The position numbers and the translations under genes are program-made. From assembly GCF_030028105.1 (NCBI RefSeq), contig NC_092384.1:17491629-17555628 (forward strand): a DNA stretch of 64,000 nucleotides, given 5' to 3'. This DNA is from Mobula birostris. Lineage: Eukaryota. Shown here one piece after another: positions 1 to 10,860 of the stretch (positions are counted from its first letter, which is position 1; the number at the start of each line of letters is the position of its first letter). The notes beneath the pieces are model-generated. The model searched no databases. It saw only the letters and a list, made by a program, of their open reading frames with translations, and was not told the DNA's origin.

Positions 1-200
1 CAAAAAGAACGGGTTACACCTGAACCCGAAGGGGACCAATATCCTGGCGGGAAAGTTTAATAGAGCTGTCAGGGAGGTTTTAAACTAATTTGGCAGGGGG
101 ATGGGAACCGGAATGACAGTGCGGAGGAAGGGGAAAACAGAAATAAATCTAAGATTGTGAGCAGTAAAGATGTCAGGAAAGTCAGGCAGGTGATGGGGCA
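1..200 (+). mobile_element. CR1-type LINE, 3' end of ORF1 (SGNH esterase C-terminus) and inter-ORF region
   Basis: Encodes GLHLNPKGTNILAG; closely matches 31420-31590, which follows an esterase-type ORF1. Confidence 0.75.
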
Positions 201-1159
201 ATGGGAGGTTAGTTAGAAAAATTCAGTCGCCAGGTATACATGGAGAGGTGGTAAATTGGATTAGACATTGGCTCAATGAAAGAAGCCAAAGAGTGGTAGT
301 AGAGAATTGCTTCTCTGAGTGGAGGCCTGTGACTAGTGGTGTGCCACAAGGATCAGTGCTGGGTCCATTGTTATTTGTCATCTATATCAATGATCTGGAT
401 GATAATGTGGTAAATTGGATCAGCAAATTTGCTGATGATACAAAGATTGAGGGTGTAGTAGACAGTGAGGAAGGTTTTCAGAGCCTGCAGAGGGACTTGG
501 ACCAGCTGGAAAAATGGGCTGAAAAATGGCAGATGGAGTTTAATACAGACAAGTGTGAGGTATTGCACGTTGGAAGGACAAACCAAGGTAGAACATACAG
601 GGTTAATGGTAAGGCACTGAGGAGTGCAGTAGAACAGAGGGATCTGGGAATACAGATACAAAATTCCCTAAAAGTGGCGTCACAGGTAGATAGGGTCGTA
701 AAGAGAGCTTTTGGTGCATTGGACATTATTCATCAAAGTATTGTGTATAAGAGCTGGATTGTTATGATGAGGTTGTATAAGGCATTGATGAGGCCGAATC
801 TGGAGTATTGTGTTCAATTTTGGTCGCCAAATTACAGGAAGGATATAAATAAGGTTGAAAGAGTGCAGAGAAGGTTTACAAGGATGTTGCCGGGACTTGA
901 GAAACTCAGTTACAGAGAAAGGTTGAATAGGTTAGGACTTTATTCCCTGGAGCGTAGAAGAATGAGGGGAGATTTGATTGAGGTATATAATATTATGATG
1001 GGTGTAGATAGAGTGAATGCAAGTAGGCTTTTTCCACTGAGGCAAGGGGAGAAAAAAACCAGAGGACATGGGTTAAGGGAGAGGGGGGAAAAGTGTAAAG
1101 GGAATATTAGGGGGGGGGGCTTCTTCACACAGAGAGTGCTGGGAGTATGGAGCCTTTAG
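201..1159 (+). mobile_element. CR1-type LINE ORF2 reverse transcriptase, C-terminal half (ORF 248..1159)
   Basis: SGVPQGSVLGPLLF, KFADDTK, RPNLEYCVQFWSP, LERVQRR-like, FFTQRV motifs typical of CR1 RT; same family as 31771-35785 and 44092-47396. Confidence 0.9.
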
Positions 1160-1465
1160 AGGAAAGATGTGATGCAAAGTGCGAAATCCTGTGGATGATT
1201 GGGTTGGGAATGACGTAAGAAGCAGGGGTTTGACGGGTGGAAAGGATAAACGTTGTAAGAAGGAATCAGAATGGGAGGACAGTGGACCCTGCAAAATGGA
1301 AGAAAAAGGAGCACGGGTGGGGTGGGGTGTGATGGGCTGATGATGAGAAGAGAAGAGGTGAAAGGGAACCGGAATGGGGAATGGAAAAGAGATAGCACGG
1401 AATGATGGGGACATTCCCAATTGTTAGAGAAATCGACTCTTGTGCCTTCCGGTTGAAATAAAATA
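1160..1465 (-). mobile_element. Penelope-like retroelement fragment
   Basis: Purine-rich segment with 'ttgttagagaaatcgac' that recurs at 54990-55270 and 55960-56230; family call from pattern recognition only. Confidence 0.4.
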
Positions 1466-1625
1466 CCATCTTACCATATAAAAGTTACAGCAAGGAAACA
1501 ATCCATCTGGGCCCTTCTCGTCCGTGCCGAACTCTTACTCACCTAGTCCCACCGACCTGCACTCAGTATATAACCATATAACAATTACAGCACATAAAAA
1601 GGCCATCTCGGCCCTTCTAGTCCGA
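1466..1625 (-). repeat. CR1 3' tail fragments
   Basis: 'accatataa..gttacagca..gaaacag/ggcc..tcggcccttctagtcc' resembles the reverse-complement CR1 tails at 14830 and 31771. Confidence 0.5.
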
Positions 1626-1639
1626 AAAATATTATGTTT

Positions 1640-1790
1640 GCACCATAATGTTATGTTCCCTGGGATACTCCGGTTTCCTCCTACACTCCAAAGACTTACG
1701 GGTTAGTAGTTTAGTTCGTCACATGGGCACATGGGTGTGATTAGGCGGTGTGGACTTGTACCGGAAGGCCCTGTAACTGTGTTCTATTGC
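1640..1790. repeat. SINE fragment (V-SINE/HE1-like central domain)
   Basis: 'tactccggtttcctcc..ccaaagactta..ggttag' motif, also at 56335-56460. Confidence 0.45.
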
Positions 1791-2756
1791 TAAAGTAAAT
1801 CTATTTCATAAGCACGCTGATCTCTCTGCTTTACCAGATAATAGCTAATGCACTCTTCCTGCTATCGATCTTTGCGAAATGCTTTGCTCTCCCTCTGGTT
1901 TAGTGAAGCAAAGGCAGTGGTGTGCTCAAACGGGGCTTGTTCAACCTTTTGGAAAATTATATTTAATATAGCTAACTGATAGAGAGGTCAGCGATCATAC
2001 ACTAAATTATGTAAAATCCAAACAATAAGGATAAAAAAAAAATGTTGGAGTAACATTTTGTCTGCGCACAATCATACTGTCCATACATCAAACCAGAGGT
2101 GGGATATCGACCGTTTCAGGCTGGAAGTCGCTATGTTTACTTCAGATTTTCAAACCACCGGCTGTAAGAATCGTACGGATAGGATGGGGTTCTCAGTTCT
2201 GGCCATCTCTTTTATTTCATCTACTAATTCCTATACCTTACGCCCCACGACGTTATGTACATGGGGATCATACGATGTTCCACCTCTTATGCATGCGTCG
2301 AATTATTATAATCATTGGCGTGACCAGAATTCGTCCCCGTCGTACAAACTCAAACTGTGACCCTTCCCACTCACATTATTTAAGTTAAGGATATTGGAGC
2401 AAATAAGAAGTCCTGATGGTAAGTCTCGCTTAACGAAGGCAAGCTCGAGCGCGGCATCCTGGTCCTCCATGGATTTGACTGGTTTTGCTGGTAATTCACT
2501 TAAATTACGATCGAAGTACGTACACCAAATGGACGTAGTAGTTACAGTAAATGAATAAAATGGCATTTGTTTGGGCTAAAATTATGTCATAGCGTTTGAT
2601 AGTAAAATGTAATGGTAAAAATTTAATCATGAATGCTTCAGCTTCAACTTGATATCATTCTAAGAGGCACCCCTATATTTCCGGGAGTGTTACGAACACT
2701 GGTAGAAGATTTAGTGGAATTCTATATAATGAAATCGGTGATGTATGTATGACTAC

Positions 2757-2790
2757 CCTGTCTTAGTTACTGCAGTCGCTTCATTTGCAC
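2757..2790 (-). CDS. Receptor copy A, candidate cytoplasmic exon 2 (34 nt; GANEATAVTKT if entered in phase 1, VQMKRLQ* if phase 0)
   Basis: tttAG acceptor and GTAGTC donor are conserved in copy B (57426-57459) although the adjacent intron differs. Confidence 0.4.
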
Positions 2791-3771
2791 CTAAAGACGT
2801 GACGTGAAATTAAAACTAATTGCATCAACCTGGAGAAAGTGACTAATGAAACACAAGAAGAGAAATGTTATCAGGTAGGGAAAATTTAATGAGATTGAAG
2901 TGCTGGAAACCTGAAATAATACAAAGAAATGGAAGACACAAAACTTTAGTTGATCAGGAACCACCAGTTAAAGAGAAGCAGTTAATGTTGCATTCTGGCG
3001 AATGGTCTTCAATCTGGAATGTCAGCTGGTTCCCTTTCCAAAAATACCGTCAGTAGCTACCGATTGTTTACTGTTTGGATTCCAAATGAAAGAAGGCAAT
3101 ACTTTTATCCGTTTTCGGTATTTCTTCCCAAATTGAGGATAATGATCATTCAGCATAGCATCGTGGACCAGAAGATGCCATGTGGAGTTTCATTTAACAT
3201 GTGGTTATCATTGTTCATAACATACTACAGCGTTTTGTTGCAAGTATATTCGATTCCATTGCAGGTTATGCAATGCTGTGTGGATTTTCGTTGCGGATCG
3301 GGGTTAAAACTGCATATAATATTGCAAAGACCAGTTCAACAAAACATTACGTCGTTGCATTTTTTTATCTTTTTTACTATCCGTTGAGATCAAATGTAGC
3401 AGACATTAGGAATTGATTTGAAACGCACTGTACTTTCCCATTGTGCAGTAAACTGTGATTCTCGTAAACCAGCATCTACTAGTTTCTCGCAGTCTCAGAT
3501 GTTTGTTTAATTATTCGCCAAACCATGTTACCTTCCACTGGGAAACATTACCGCTCACCTTCCAATGCAACCGCTTGCGAACTGGTGTGGAATCTTGAAA
3601 GAACACAGGAAGCAGATGCAACGGGTACATGCAAATAAATCATGGATATATACTTGAAAATAGTTTTAAATTTTCCTGCTACGCTCCAAAGTTTTATGGA
3701 ATAAAATAGATTCATAATATCTATGCTATGCGTGTACCCTGCTCTTAAACAAGACGAGTCACGGCATCTAC

Positions 3772-3815
3772 CGGGTCTTCATTCTGACATCCAGCCAAAT
3801 AATTTGTGTTACGCC
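3772..3815 (-). CDS. Receptor copy A, cytoplasmic exon 1 (GRNTNYLAGCQNEDP)
   Basis: Long polypyrimidine tract TTTCTTTTTGTTTTCTTTTCTGAAG; phase 1 matches the TM exon; conserved in B at 58463-58506. The 3' boundary is uncertain. Confidence 0.6.
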
Positions 3816-4395
3816 CTTCAGAAAAGAAAACAAAAAGAAATAATTTGCATTGTAAACACTGAACATTATCCGTTTGATACCCAACGAATTAATCATCTAA
3901 GTGGAACTGCTGAAGTTACAGATCTTTCAGAAATTATTTGCTGGTAACAGTCGTGGTAATATACTCTGTTCTGCATTCATCTGCTGCTATGCTCAAAGGA
4001 TTTTGACTTTCAACGAGGCTGTAAAGTGATCATAGCATTACAGCGACAGTACTGTATTTAAATATTGTAACCAATATGGAAATTAAGACCAATGAGCCGT
4101 ACATAAGTTGGTCAATGTTCTTTACACAATCAGAGAGACTTTAGATCAACGCCAAGTCTTTTATGTTTCAAAATACGGATCTGCCATTTTACTGAAAAGG
4201 ACATTTGAAGAACTCCAAAGGGATATAGCAGCAATCGTGAATGAGATATGAAATACTTCCAGTGGACTGGTGAAATAGTTGAATTTTAAAATCCAGCTTG
4301 TATTGTGCCGGAATATTATCACTGAAATCCGGCTTCGAAAATCACGATCCATGTCCAATCATGCTGTAAATGTCATTTGCTGTTTTAAAGTTAAA

Positions 4396-4741
4396 GATCA
4401 TAATAGGAATCCTTAGTTTCATGAGACCATGGATTTGCCATTCGCTTGAACAACATCGGTGGTGTGTTAGAAAGTTTCCTTGGTAAGTTTCCAGGGCGCA
4501 GGCCTAAGCAAGTTTGTATGGAAGACCAGCAGTTGCCCATGCTGCCAGTCTCCCCTCTCCACGCCACGGATGTTGACCAAGGGAATGCCATTAGGACCCA
4601 TACAGCTTGGCACCGGTGTTGTCGCTATGTGTGGTTAAGTGCCTTCCTGAAGGACACACATGCTGCCTCAGTCAAGATCAATTAGCGACCTTCAAATCAC
4701 TGGACGAACTCCTTAACCACTTGGCCACGGGCCAACACTAA
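4396..4741 (-). mobile_element. tRNA-derived SINE, present in copy A only
   Basis: Reverse strand begins GTGGCCAAGTGGTTAAGG (A-box-like); absent from the aligned position in copy B (~59080). Confidence 0.7.
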
Positions 4742-4805
4742 ATATCATTAAAGCTTCTATTTTGTACGAATATACGTGATGTTTCTCAGCGATCTCAGTT
4801 CTTAC

Positions 4806-4910
4806 CGTGCGATCTCTTTCTCTTCAGCGAAATTATTATCAGAACTAAAATTGCCAATCCGCCGACTGCACATGTAAAAATTAATCTAAGAACAGCGCCT
4901 TGCAGATGTA
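4806..4910 (-). CDS. Receptor copy A, transmembrane exon VHLQGAVLRLIFTCAVGGLAILVLIIISLKRKRSH
   Basis: tttcctcCAG acceptor, G|GTAAG donor, 105 nt, phase 1-1; hydrophobic segment with an N-terminal Arg followed by a basic stop-transfer KRKR. Confidence 0.85.
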
Positions 4911-6161
4911 CTGGAGGAAACAAAGAAACCGTGAAGCATTTATACATCTGAAAACCAATCGACACGTGAGAATCAAAAATGCAGATCATTTTATAAGCTC
5001 CCTTCAAATTTCCCTACACAACGATGGGAAAACAGAACATATTAATGACAGAATATACAATATAGAACAAAGAAATCTGGTTTTTATTTTCTCCAGACAC
5101 ACGCGAGAAATTTACTAAGACTATGAATAGACTCGGCTGCATCTTCCTTTACTTCCCTTGACAATAGTTATCAGCACAACTATTGAACGTGTAAACATCA
5201 ATCCAAATACGATTCTAATCACGATTCAAATGGTTAAATCATGTCTGTCAAGAAGATTTCTCAGTACGATCAAAACCTAAAGATAACTCGTAGGAGTCCC
5301 GGTGCAGCAACAATTCGCTTCCGCATTACATGCTGAAATTCCTCGCTATGAGTTTAACACTGTATCCTCTAAGCCTCCTGAATGTGTATCGAGCATATTA
5401 AACATATTTTCCCACTGTTATGGTTTCCACAGGTTTAGGAGTGACAAACCCGAATTCATAGAAAACTGTTTTAATGAAAACATAGACCAAATTCGAGTCA
5501 TCCATTTGAATTGTGTTGCCTACTATTATTGGAAGGTAATTACGCAGAGACTAAATTTTGACAAAGTCTGTCCACAGTTTCGCTCCCTATGCATTCGGTC
5601 CAGGTGGCAATTAAGTGTCACTCCTCAGTGTTCAGGAATTCCTATTTTGATTCTGACTTTGCCCCAAAAAACTATGTCAATGAAATACACCTTTGCTCAA
5701 CAGCAGGTGGTTTCCCCCCATTGTTACATCATCATGCGATTCAGAGTTTACGTGTAGCTTTGCCTCATCTTTGACCAATGTCCAGAATTTTGTTACCTTA
5801 CACGTACAACACGAATTTAATTTCTTAATTCATCCTACACGATTTAAACTGAGGGTAAAAGAAATTTGATTTAAAAACCATTCACATTAAATGTTCACTG
5901 CAAACAAGTAATCTTAAAATTTCTCTCTTCTTCCGTGTTCGGATAGCTGTTCAGTTCCTGTTCTTAAGCAGATTTGATCTACCCAGCTATATCATTTGGG
6001 AACGTTTCCAACTTGCCCGGAACGCTAGAGTTTCTGAAAGTGTTGAAAATTCAGAGTAGCACACAAAGTACTGAAGGTACGCAGCAGATCAGGAGAGGAA
6101 TAAAGTAACGAGGTTTCGGTCCGAGATCTGATATCGGGACGCAATCAAGATACCATCTTAC

Positions 6162-6455
6162 CTTGCTCCAGGATGTGGCTGAAACAGGCAGGCACCGTGA
6201 GGGAGACATGCAACACCAGACAGATGTAAACATCTTTTCCCCAAGCAGACTGATTAATTTCCAATAAACTGTAAGCCTCATATAAACCCTCCGCCGTCCG
6301 GTTAATATCTGTTTTTATTCCAGTGAGAATTTGCCTGTTATTCTTTTGCCAGACGATTTGTAATTCCTTCGGGTAGAAGGCAGCTGTTTTACAGAGGAGC
6401 TTCCGAGGAGACGAAAACTCTGCAATAGGAACGATTTCCAATGGAGTTGGGGGAG
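6162..6455 (-). CDS. Receptor copy A, C1-set Ig domain exon
   Basis: LLCKTAAFYPKELQIVW...GLYEAYSLL...YICLVLHVSL fits the C1 pattern (C-x4-FYP-x4-W, YxCxVxH); ttcAAG acceptor, G|GTAAG donor, 294 nt, phase 1-1. Confidence 0.92.
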
Positions 6456-7789
6456 CTTGAATAAAAAGAGTTATATTGGGTGTTACCATCCATTTAGTTC
6501 AAGTAAATTCCTTTATCTTCCCGTCAATTACAATGACATCTCACTATCAAATTAGTTACCCGCCATAGGTTCCCAGCATTTTATAAATTATTTTAAGTTC
6601 AAATTCAAGTTCATAGTTAATAAACCACACAGATGTACATGGCTAAATGAAACATCCTTCTTTATACTTTATACTTTATACTATATACTTTATTGTCTTC
6701 TGGGGTCAACTGCAAAATGCAGTCCATGTATTCACACACAGCACGTGCAGTCACCATCCGGCAGATCCAGTGAAAAATAAACAAAGCAAAATCGAGGCAC
6801 CGTGCAGAGACAGATGAAAGGAAGTATTCGAAGAAGGCACAGAGCAGGCGAATCTAAGGGGTGAGAAGTGAAAAAGACATTCTGTTTTGAATGGTCTTTC
6901 AGCTTTATCACATGATTCTGTTTGCGGCAGTGCGTAGGTTTTGGAAAATATTCCTTTCTGTATTTTTTTCATTTCCAATTAAAACTGAACGATAAAACCT
7001 AAAATATTACAGATGTCCACACTCCGAACGCAAGAAGCTCTTGCACATTGGCAACTCATTTGCTCAGGTTGTTTTTCAGAGCTTACGTTGGAGCTTTCCA
7101 GTCATCAACATTCACTGATAGAGCTTTCCTCGGAATGTATATCATTGCTAGAAAATTTCTCCCGCATTTAATGTGTTGAATGTGGCAAATCCTACCCTCC
7201 ATGAAACAACTAGGAACGGAAAAGCGGAGATGATATTAACCGCATTTATTCTACATTTCTGTTCTTTCATAAACCTGTCGGCCTGCAGCAAAATGGTCGA
7301 AAATGACCTGGCACTGCTATACGAACGACGGTGCCCTGCAGAGAGGCAACCGAGGAGCTGAACGAACTCCGCTTCTCCCTACAGAGATTTCACTGAAAGG
7401 TAAGCCCAAAATTCACGATTTTCTAAACTTGGACTGCTTCCGCTGCAACTATGGTCCGTATTTAACTTAGGAAAGGCTATTTTCAGATTGCTTTATCAAT
7501 ATGTCACAACATTTAGCATTTTGCCCTGCCTACAATGGCCATCCTGAGCTCACGGTTGCCCGCACAGTACTGCCATGGCCCATATATAGATGACAGATGT
7601 TAACGTGCTTGTTGTCGTGAGGCAAATTAGTTTGTATAAATCCTCATGGCTCGAGATGGAGTCCCATCCGAAGTCTTGGGAGGCTCATGCATAATTTGAA
7701 GGTGCCTTGATAGGGGTATTCAAAATATCCTGACCCACGGGTGAGAAGCCGGAAGACTGGATATGACTAATGTTTTGTAGTTGTTCAAG

Positions 7790-8210
7790 AAAAGATCTAA
7801 GAAGACTCCGGGATCTTTTAGGCTGGTGAGACTGACGATTGTAAATTGTAATTTGTTGGCAATATTACAAGTGACAGGATGCGTAACTATTCAGATAGAA
7901 GTTCGAATAGCCATCAGGATTTTGTGCATGGTAAGTAATGTCTGGCTTATCTTAAAGAGTTTTTCGAGGAGTTTACCAGAGATCGTGTTGAAGGAAATGC
8001 AGTGGATGTTATTTACATGGCAATCCCTTGGGCAAAGTCCGTAATGAGAGGCTGATCAAGAAGGTCCGGTTGGAATTCAGGATGAATTAGTAAACTGCAT
8101 TTAACATTGGCTTGGCGGGAAAGCCAGGGAGTGGTTGTAGACGGCTTCCCTCTGACTGGAGGCCTATAACTAGAGGTGTGCCGCGGGGATCGGTGCTGGC
8201 TACGTTGATA
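7790..8210 (+). mobile_element. Degraded CR1 RT fragment in the V-C1 intron, shared with copy B
   Basis: Remnants of YRPVSL, SQHGF and SGVPQGSVL motifs; homologue at ~62100-62530, so it predates the duplication. Confidence 0.7.
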
Positions 8211-9081
8211 GTTCTTAAATAATTTTTTATGACAATGGATTAAACTGGTTCAGAATTTTTTTCAGATCTGCACAGTGGGTAACGAATGCAGACAGCTGTA
8301 AAATGGGCTGTAAAATGACAGCTGGAATTCATTCGCTTTCGAATTACATTCGTGCTCAGCTCTCTACCCTTTGCATTCTAACCCTATCAAAATTCATCTC
8401 GATATTACGATTTCTATTTCTCTCCCTATTTTGAATGGGGAAAGAGGTATAGATAGAAGTTTTGCAAAGCACATTTGGATTGATAATTTGCTGCGCGTGC
8501 GACAAATAGATACATTATATTACTATTAATTCTTTTGGATCTGGGTGAGTTTGTAACGTTGACATATCCTATAAGAGAGTAGATAAAATTGTTCATGATT
8601 TGCCTCATGTGTGATGGGAAATCGAGCTTTCCAACTACAGCCACTCACATTAGTAACAATATTATTTTAACATCTTGCTTGCAAAGCAAATATTACTTCA
8701 CTTGAAAATTAATTCCTTGTTTTTGAAGCACCTTCACGATGATAATGCTAAAATCGAAGGGCATCACTAACCTTGGACATTAGCTTTAAATAGGAGATTG
8801 CCGATCGATAGGTCTGCACTAACAGCAGTTGTAAGGAGTACGATACAGCAAACAGAATCAGCGTTATTTCTCGTCCAATTGACGTTGCCTAAAATGTAAT
8901 TATTTTGTTCTGTTCTTTTTAACTCTACAATTGGAGCTTGTAGAATGGGGTTTGCTTTAACGCGTGAAACAAATCCACTCTCGCTGTTTGTTTTATCAAA
9001 TAGTAACATTACATATTAATCTCATCATTAGCTTTAATTTATATTGCACAAAAGCGAAAATCTCCTCGCAGCCGCACTAAC

Positions 9082-9384
9082 CGAACACAGTGAGCTTGGA
9101 GCCACTTCCATTCCAGAAAGATCGTTCCCGATACTTTGTTCCACAGTAGTAAATTCCGGAATCGGCGAATTTCACATCCATAAGAATAAGCGTTCCTCTT
9201 GACTTTTCGAAACTAAATTGTTTTCTGCTGTCACTTTCTAAAAATGCATTCTCGCCTTCCCTCCACCAAAGAAAGTTAACAGTATCTTTTGATATTGGAG
9301 TATTGCAGTGCAAGGTAACATTCGTTCCGCCCGGAACGTCCAAGTCCGTAGGGAATTGATATACTCTGAACGCAGGCACTTCGA
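9082..9384 (-). CDS. Receptor copy A, V-set (germline-joined VJ-type) Ig domain exon
   Basis: VTLHC...FLWW...DSGIYYC plus a J-like WNGSGSKLTV in the same exon; CAG acceptor, G|GTTAGT donor, 303 nt, phase 1-1. Confidence 0.93.
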
Positions 9385-9598
9385 CTGTTGCCGGCGGAAA
9401 AAAAACAAGAGCATTAATAACAGCTACACACAGGGAATAAATAAGAACCTAAAGACGTACTGTATGTTACCGGATAACGAAGAGACAAAGACGACCGAAT
9501 TGCTCAACCGCTGAAACTAGGTATGCAGCGGGAAACCAGGTTTAAATTTTCTAAAATAGAATACTCAGTTGAGAAACGGAACATTTAACTTAGCATAC

Positions 9599-9653
9599 AT
9601 AGACAGGTAATAGCCAGGAGCGCCATGTACGAAACCGTAAATTTCTCTGACAT
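9599..9653 (-). CDS. Receptor copy A, leader (signal peptide) exon MSEKFTVSYMALLAITCL
   Basis: ATG, hydrophobic core, T|GTATGC phase-1 donor joining in frame to (F)EVPA-FRVYQ; conserved in B with one change. Confidence 0.75.
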
Positions 9654-9697
9654 ATTACAGAAACCGAACCCAGCAATATTGGGATACAAGTGATATT

Positions 9698-9815
9698 CTG
9701 AAGAGTTTGTGGAAGGAATAGAAATTCAAGGGTAAATATATGAACCGTGTAATCATGACGTAGGATGACGCCTCACCAAGACAGAAGCAGGTGTTTCAAA
9801 GATCCTTATACTGGG
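9698..9815 (-). promoter_or_regulatory. Possible short 5'UTR intron (9698-9776) and upstream TATA-like TATAAGG for copy A
   Basis: G|GTGAGG donor at 9776, CTCTTCAG acceptor at ~9698, TATAAGG near 9806-9812; motif evidence only. Confidence 0.2.
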
Positions 9816-10599
9816 CAGACAGGGCAGTGAGAGCTCTTCCCTTTTCAATTGTTAAAGGGCTATCTAGTGCTTTCAAAATTATGTTCGGATTTTGTGCACT
9901 ACGCTGAGTTCAGGAATTATCCATTTCTTTATTTCGAACTAAATTCAAATCTGTGCTCTGCCAAGTAATTCCAAATATGGAAATCCGCACTGCAGTCATA
10001 AATATCTAATAAAATTTGCGGTTTTGAATTGGATGGGTAAGATGGCACTAGCGACCAATGCGACTAACGGCCAATTCTTGAAAACGTCCATGATTTTTTT
10101 CTTCTTCTTTTCCTTCTTTTAAAAAGCATTTTAAATGTTATTAATGTGTGCGCGATTGGAGCCTGTAATAACCAATTTGATAATGTGTCTTTGGGCCGAC
10201 TGAGGGATCTGGCGCTTTTGGTCTTTCCGACTGGATTCGGCATGTTTGAGAACGTAGTATGCGGCTTACTAGTGGAAAGTGGATCCAATCGGCTCAGTTA
10301 TTCCCACATCTCGTAATAAAAGCGTCGAGCAAGATTAAAAGTCAAGAAGGACAATAGCGCAAAGCGAACGAGTTTTCAGAGCATCTGCCCGCGTTTGACT
10401 TGTATCGCTCTCCATCTCGGTTGCCCGAAGAAGATCATGGAGTCTTGGATCATGGGCAAGATTTGTAGATTGGAGTCATTTTCAGAGGTCTGTTAGTACA
10501 TGTTATGTGTATTTTTGGTTACACCGTTTATATTGCTATTTAGCACGATTTTGATGGAGCACTTCGACGCGAATTGGTCCTACGGCCTGCAGCGAAATT

Positions 10600-10860
10600 T
10601 TACACCGAACTCAAAGACACTGAACGTTCCGAGAGTGTTTCAAGGACTCTGCTTTGAAGGTTGCTAGTCTGTTGGTTATTCGTTCCTTTTCGCCGTCTGC
10701 ACGATCTGCTCTTTCATTCTCGTTGGATGTTTGATACATATTTTTTTTAAGTGTCCATGATGTTTCTTTTTTTCTTGGCTGCCTGCGGGAAAACAAAACT
10801 CAGGGTTGTATATTGCTTACATAATTGATAGCAAATGTACGTTGATGTTGAATCGGACAA
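10600..10860 (+). repeat. Degraded LINE 3' tail
   Basis: 'ggctgcctg..aaa..tcagggttgtatat...aaatgtac.ttga' resembles a common retroelement 3' end; family unresolved. Confidence 0.3.

Larger units (their letters stand above)
1819..9690. repeat. Segmental duplication unit A, paralogous to 56487-64000
   Basis: Colinear similarity throughout (e.g. 9000-9690 vs 63310-64000 near-identical; 1819-1950 vs 56487-56620 more diverged); same exons in the same order. Confidence 0.95.

Noticed and set aside
248-1159. Functional reverse-transcriptase gene
   Set aside because: It is only the C-terminal half of a chimeric, internally deleted CR1; all LINE and LTR ORFs in the window are fragmented by stops or frameshifts.
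2312-2566. ORF as a possible last exon of copy A
   Set aside because: The same frame is closed by TGA in copy B, there is no signalling motif, and the phase is unresolved.
6751-6978. ORF with a hydrophobic end, mirrored at 61055-61351
   Set aside because: Intronic, no phase-compatible splice sites, and V splices cleanly to C1 without it.
8767-9009. 80-aa ORF conserved in both copies
   Set aside because: It lies in the V-C1 intron, has no domain features or convincing splice sites, and its conservation reflects the duplication.
9086-9092. RSS heptamer CACAGTG in the J-like region (also in copy B)
   Set aside because: It is the reverse complement of the Leu-Thr-Val codons inside the exon, and no nonamer was seen at 12 or 23 bp spacing.
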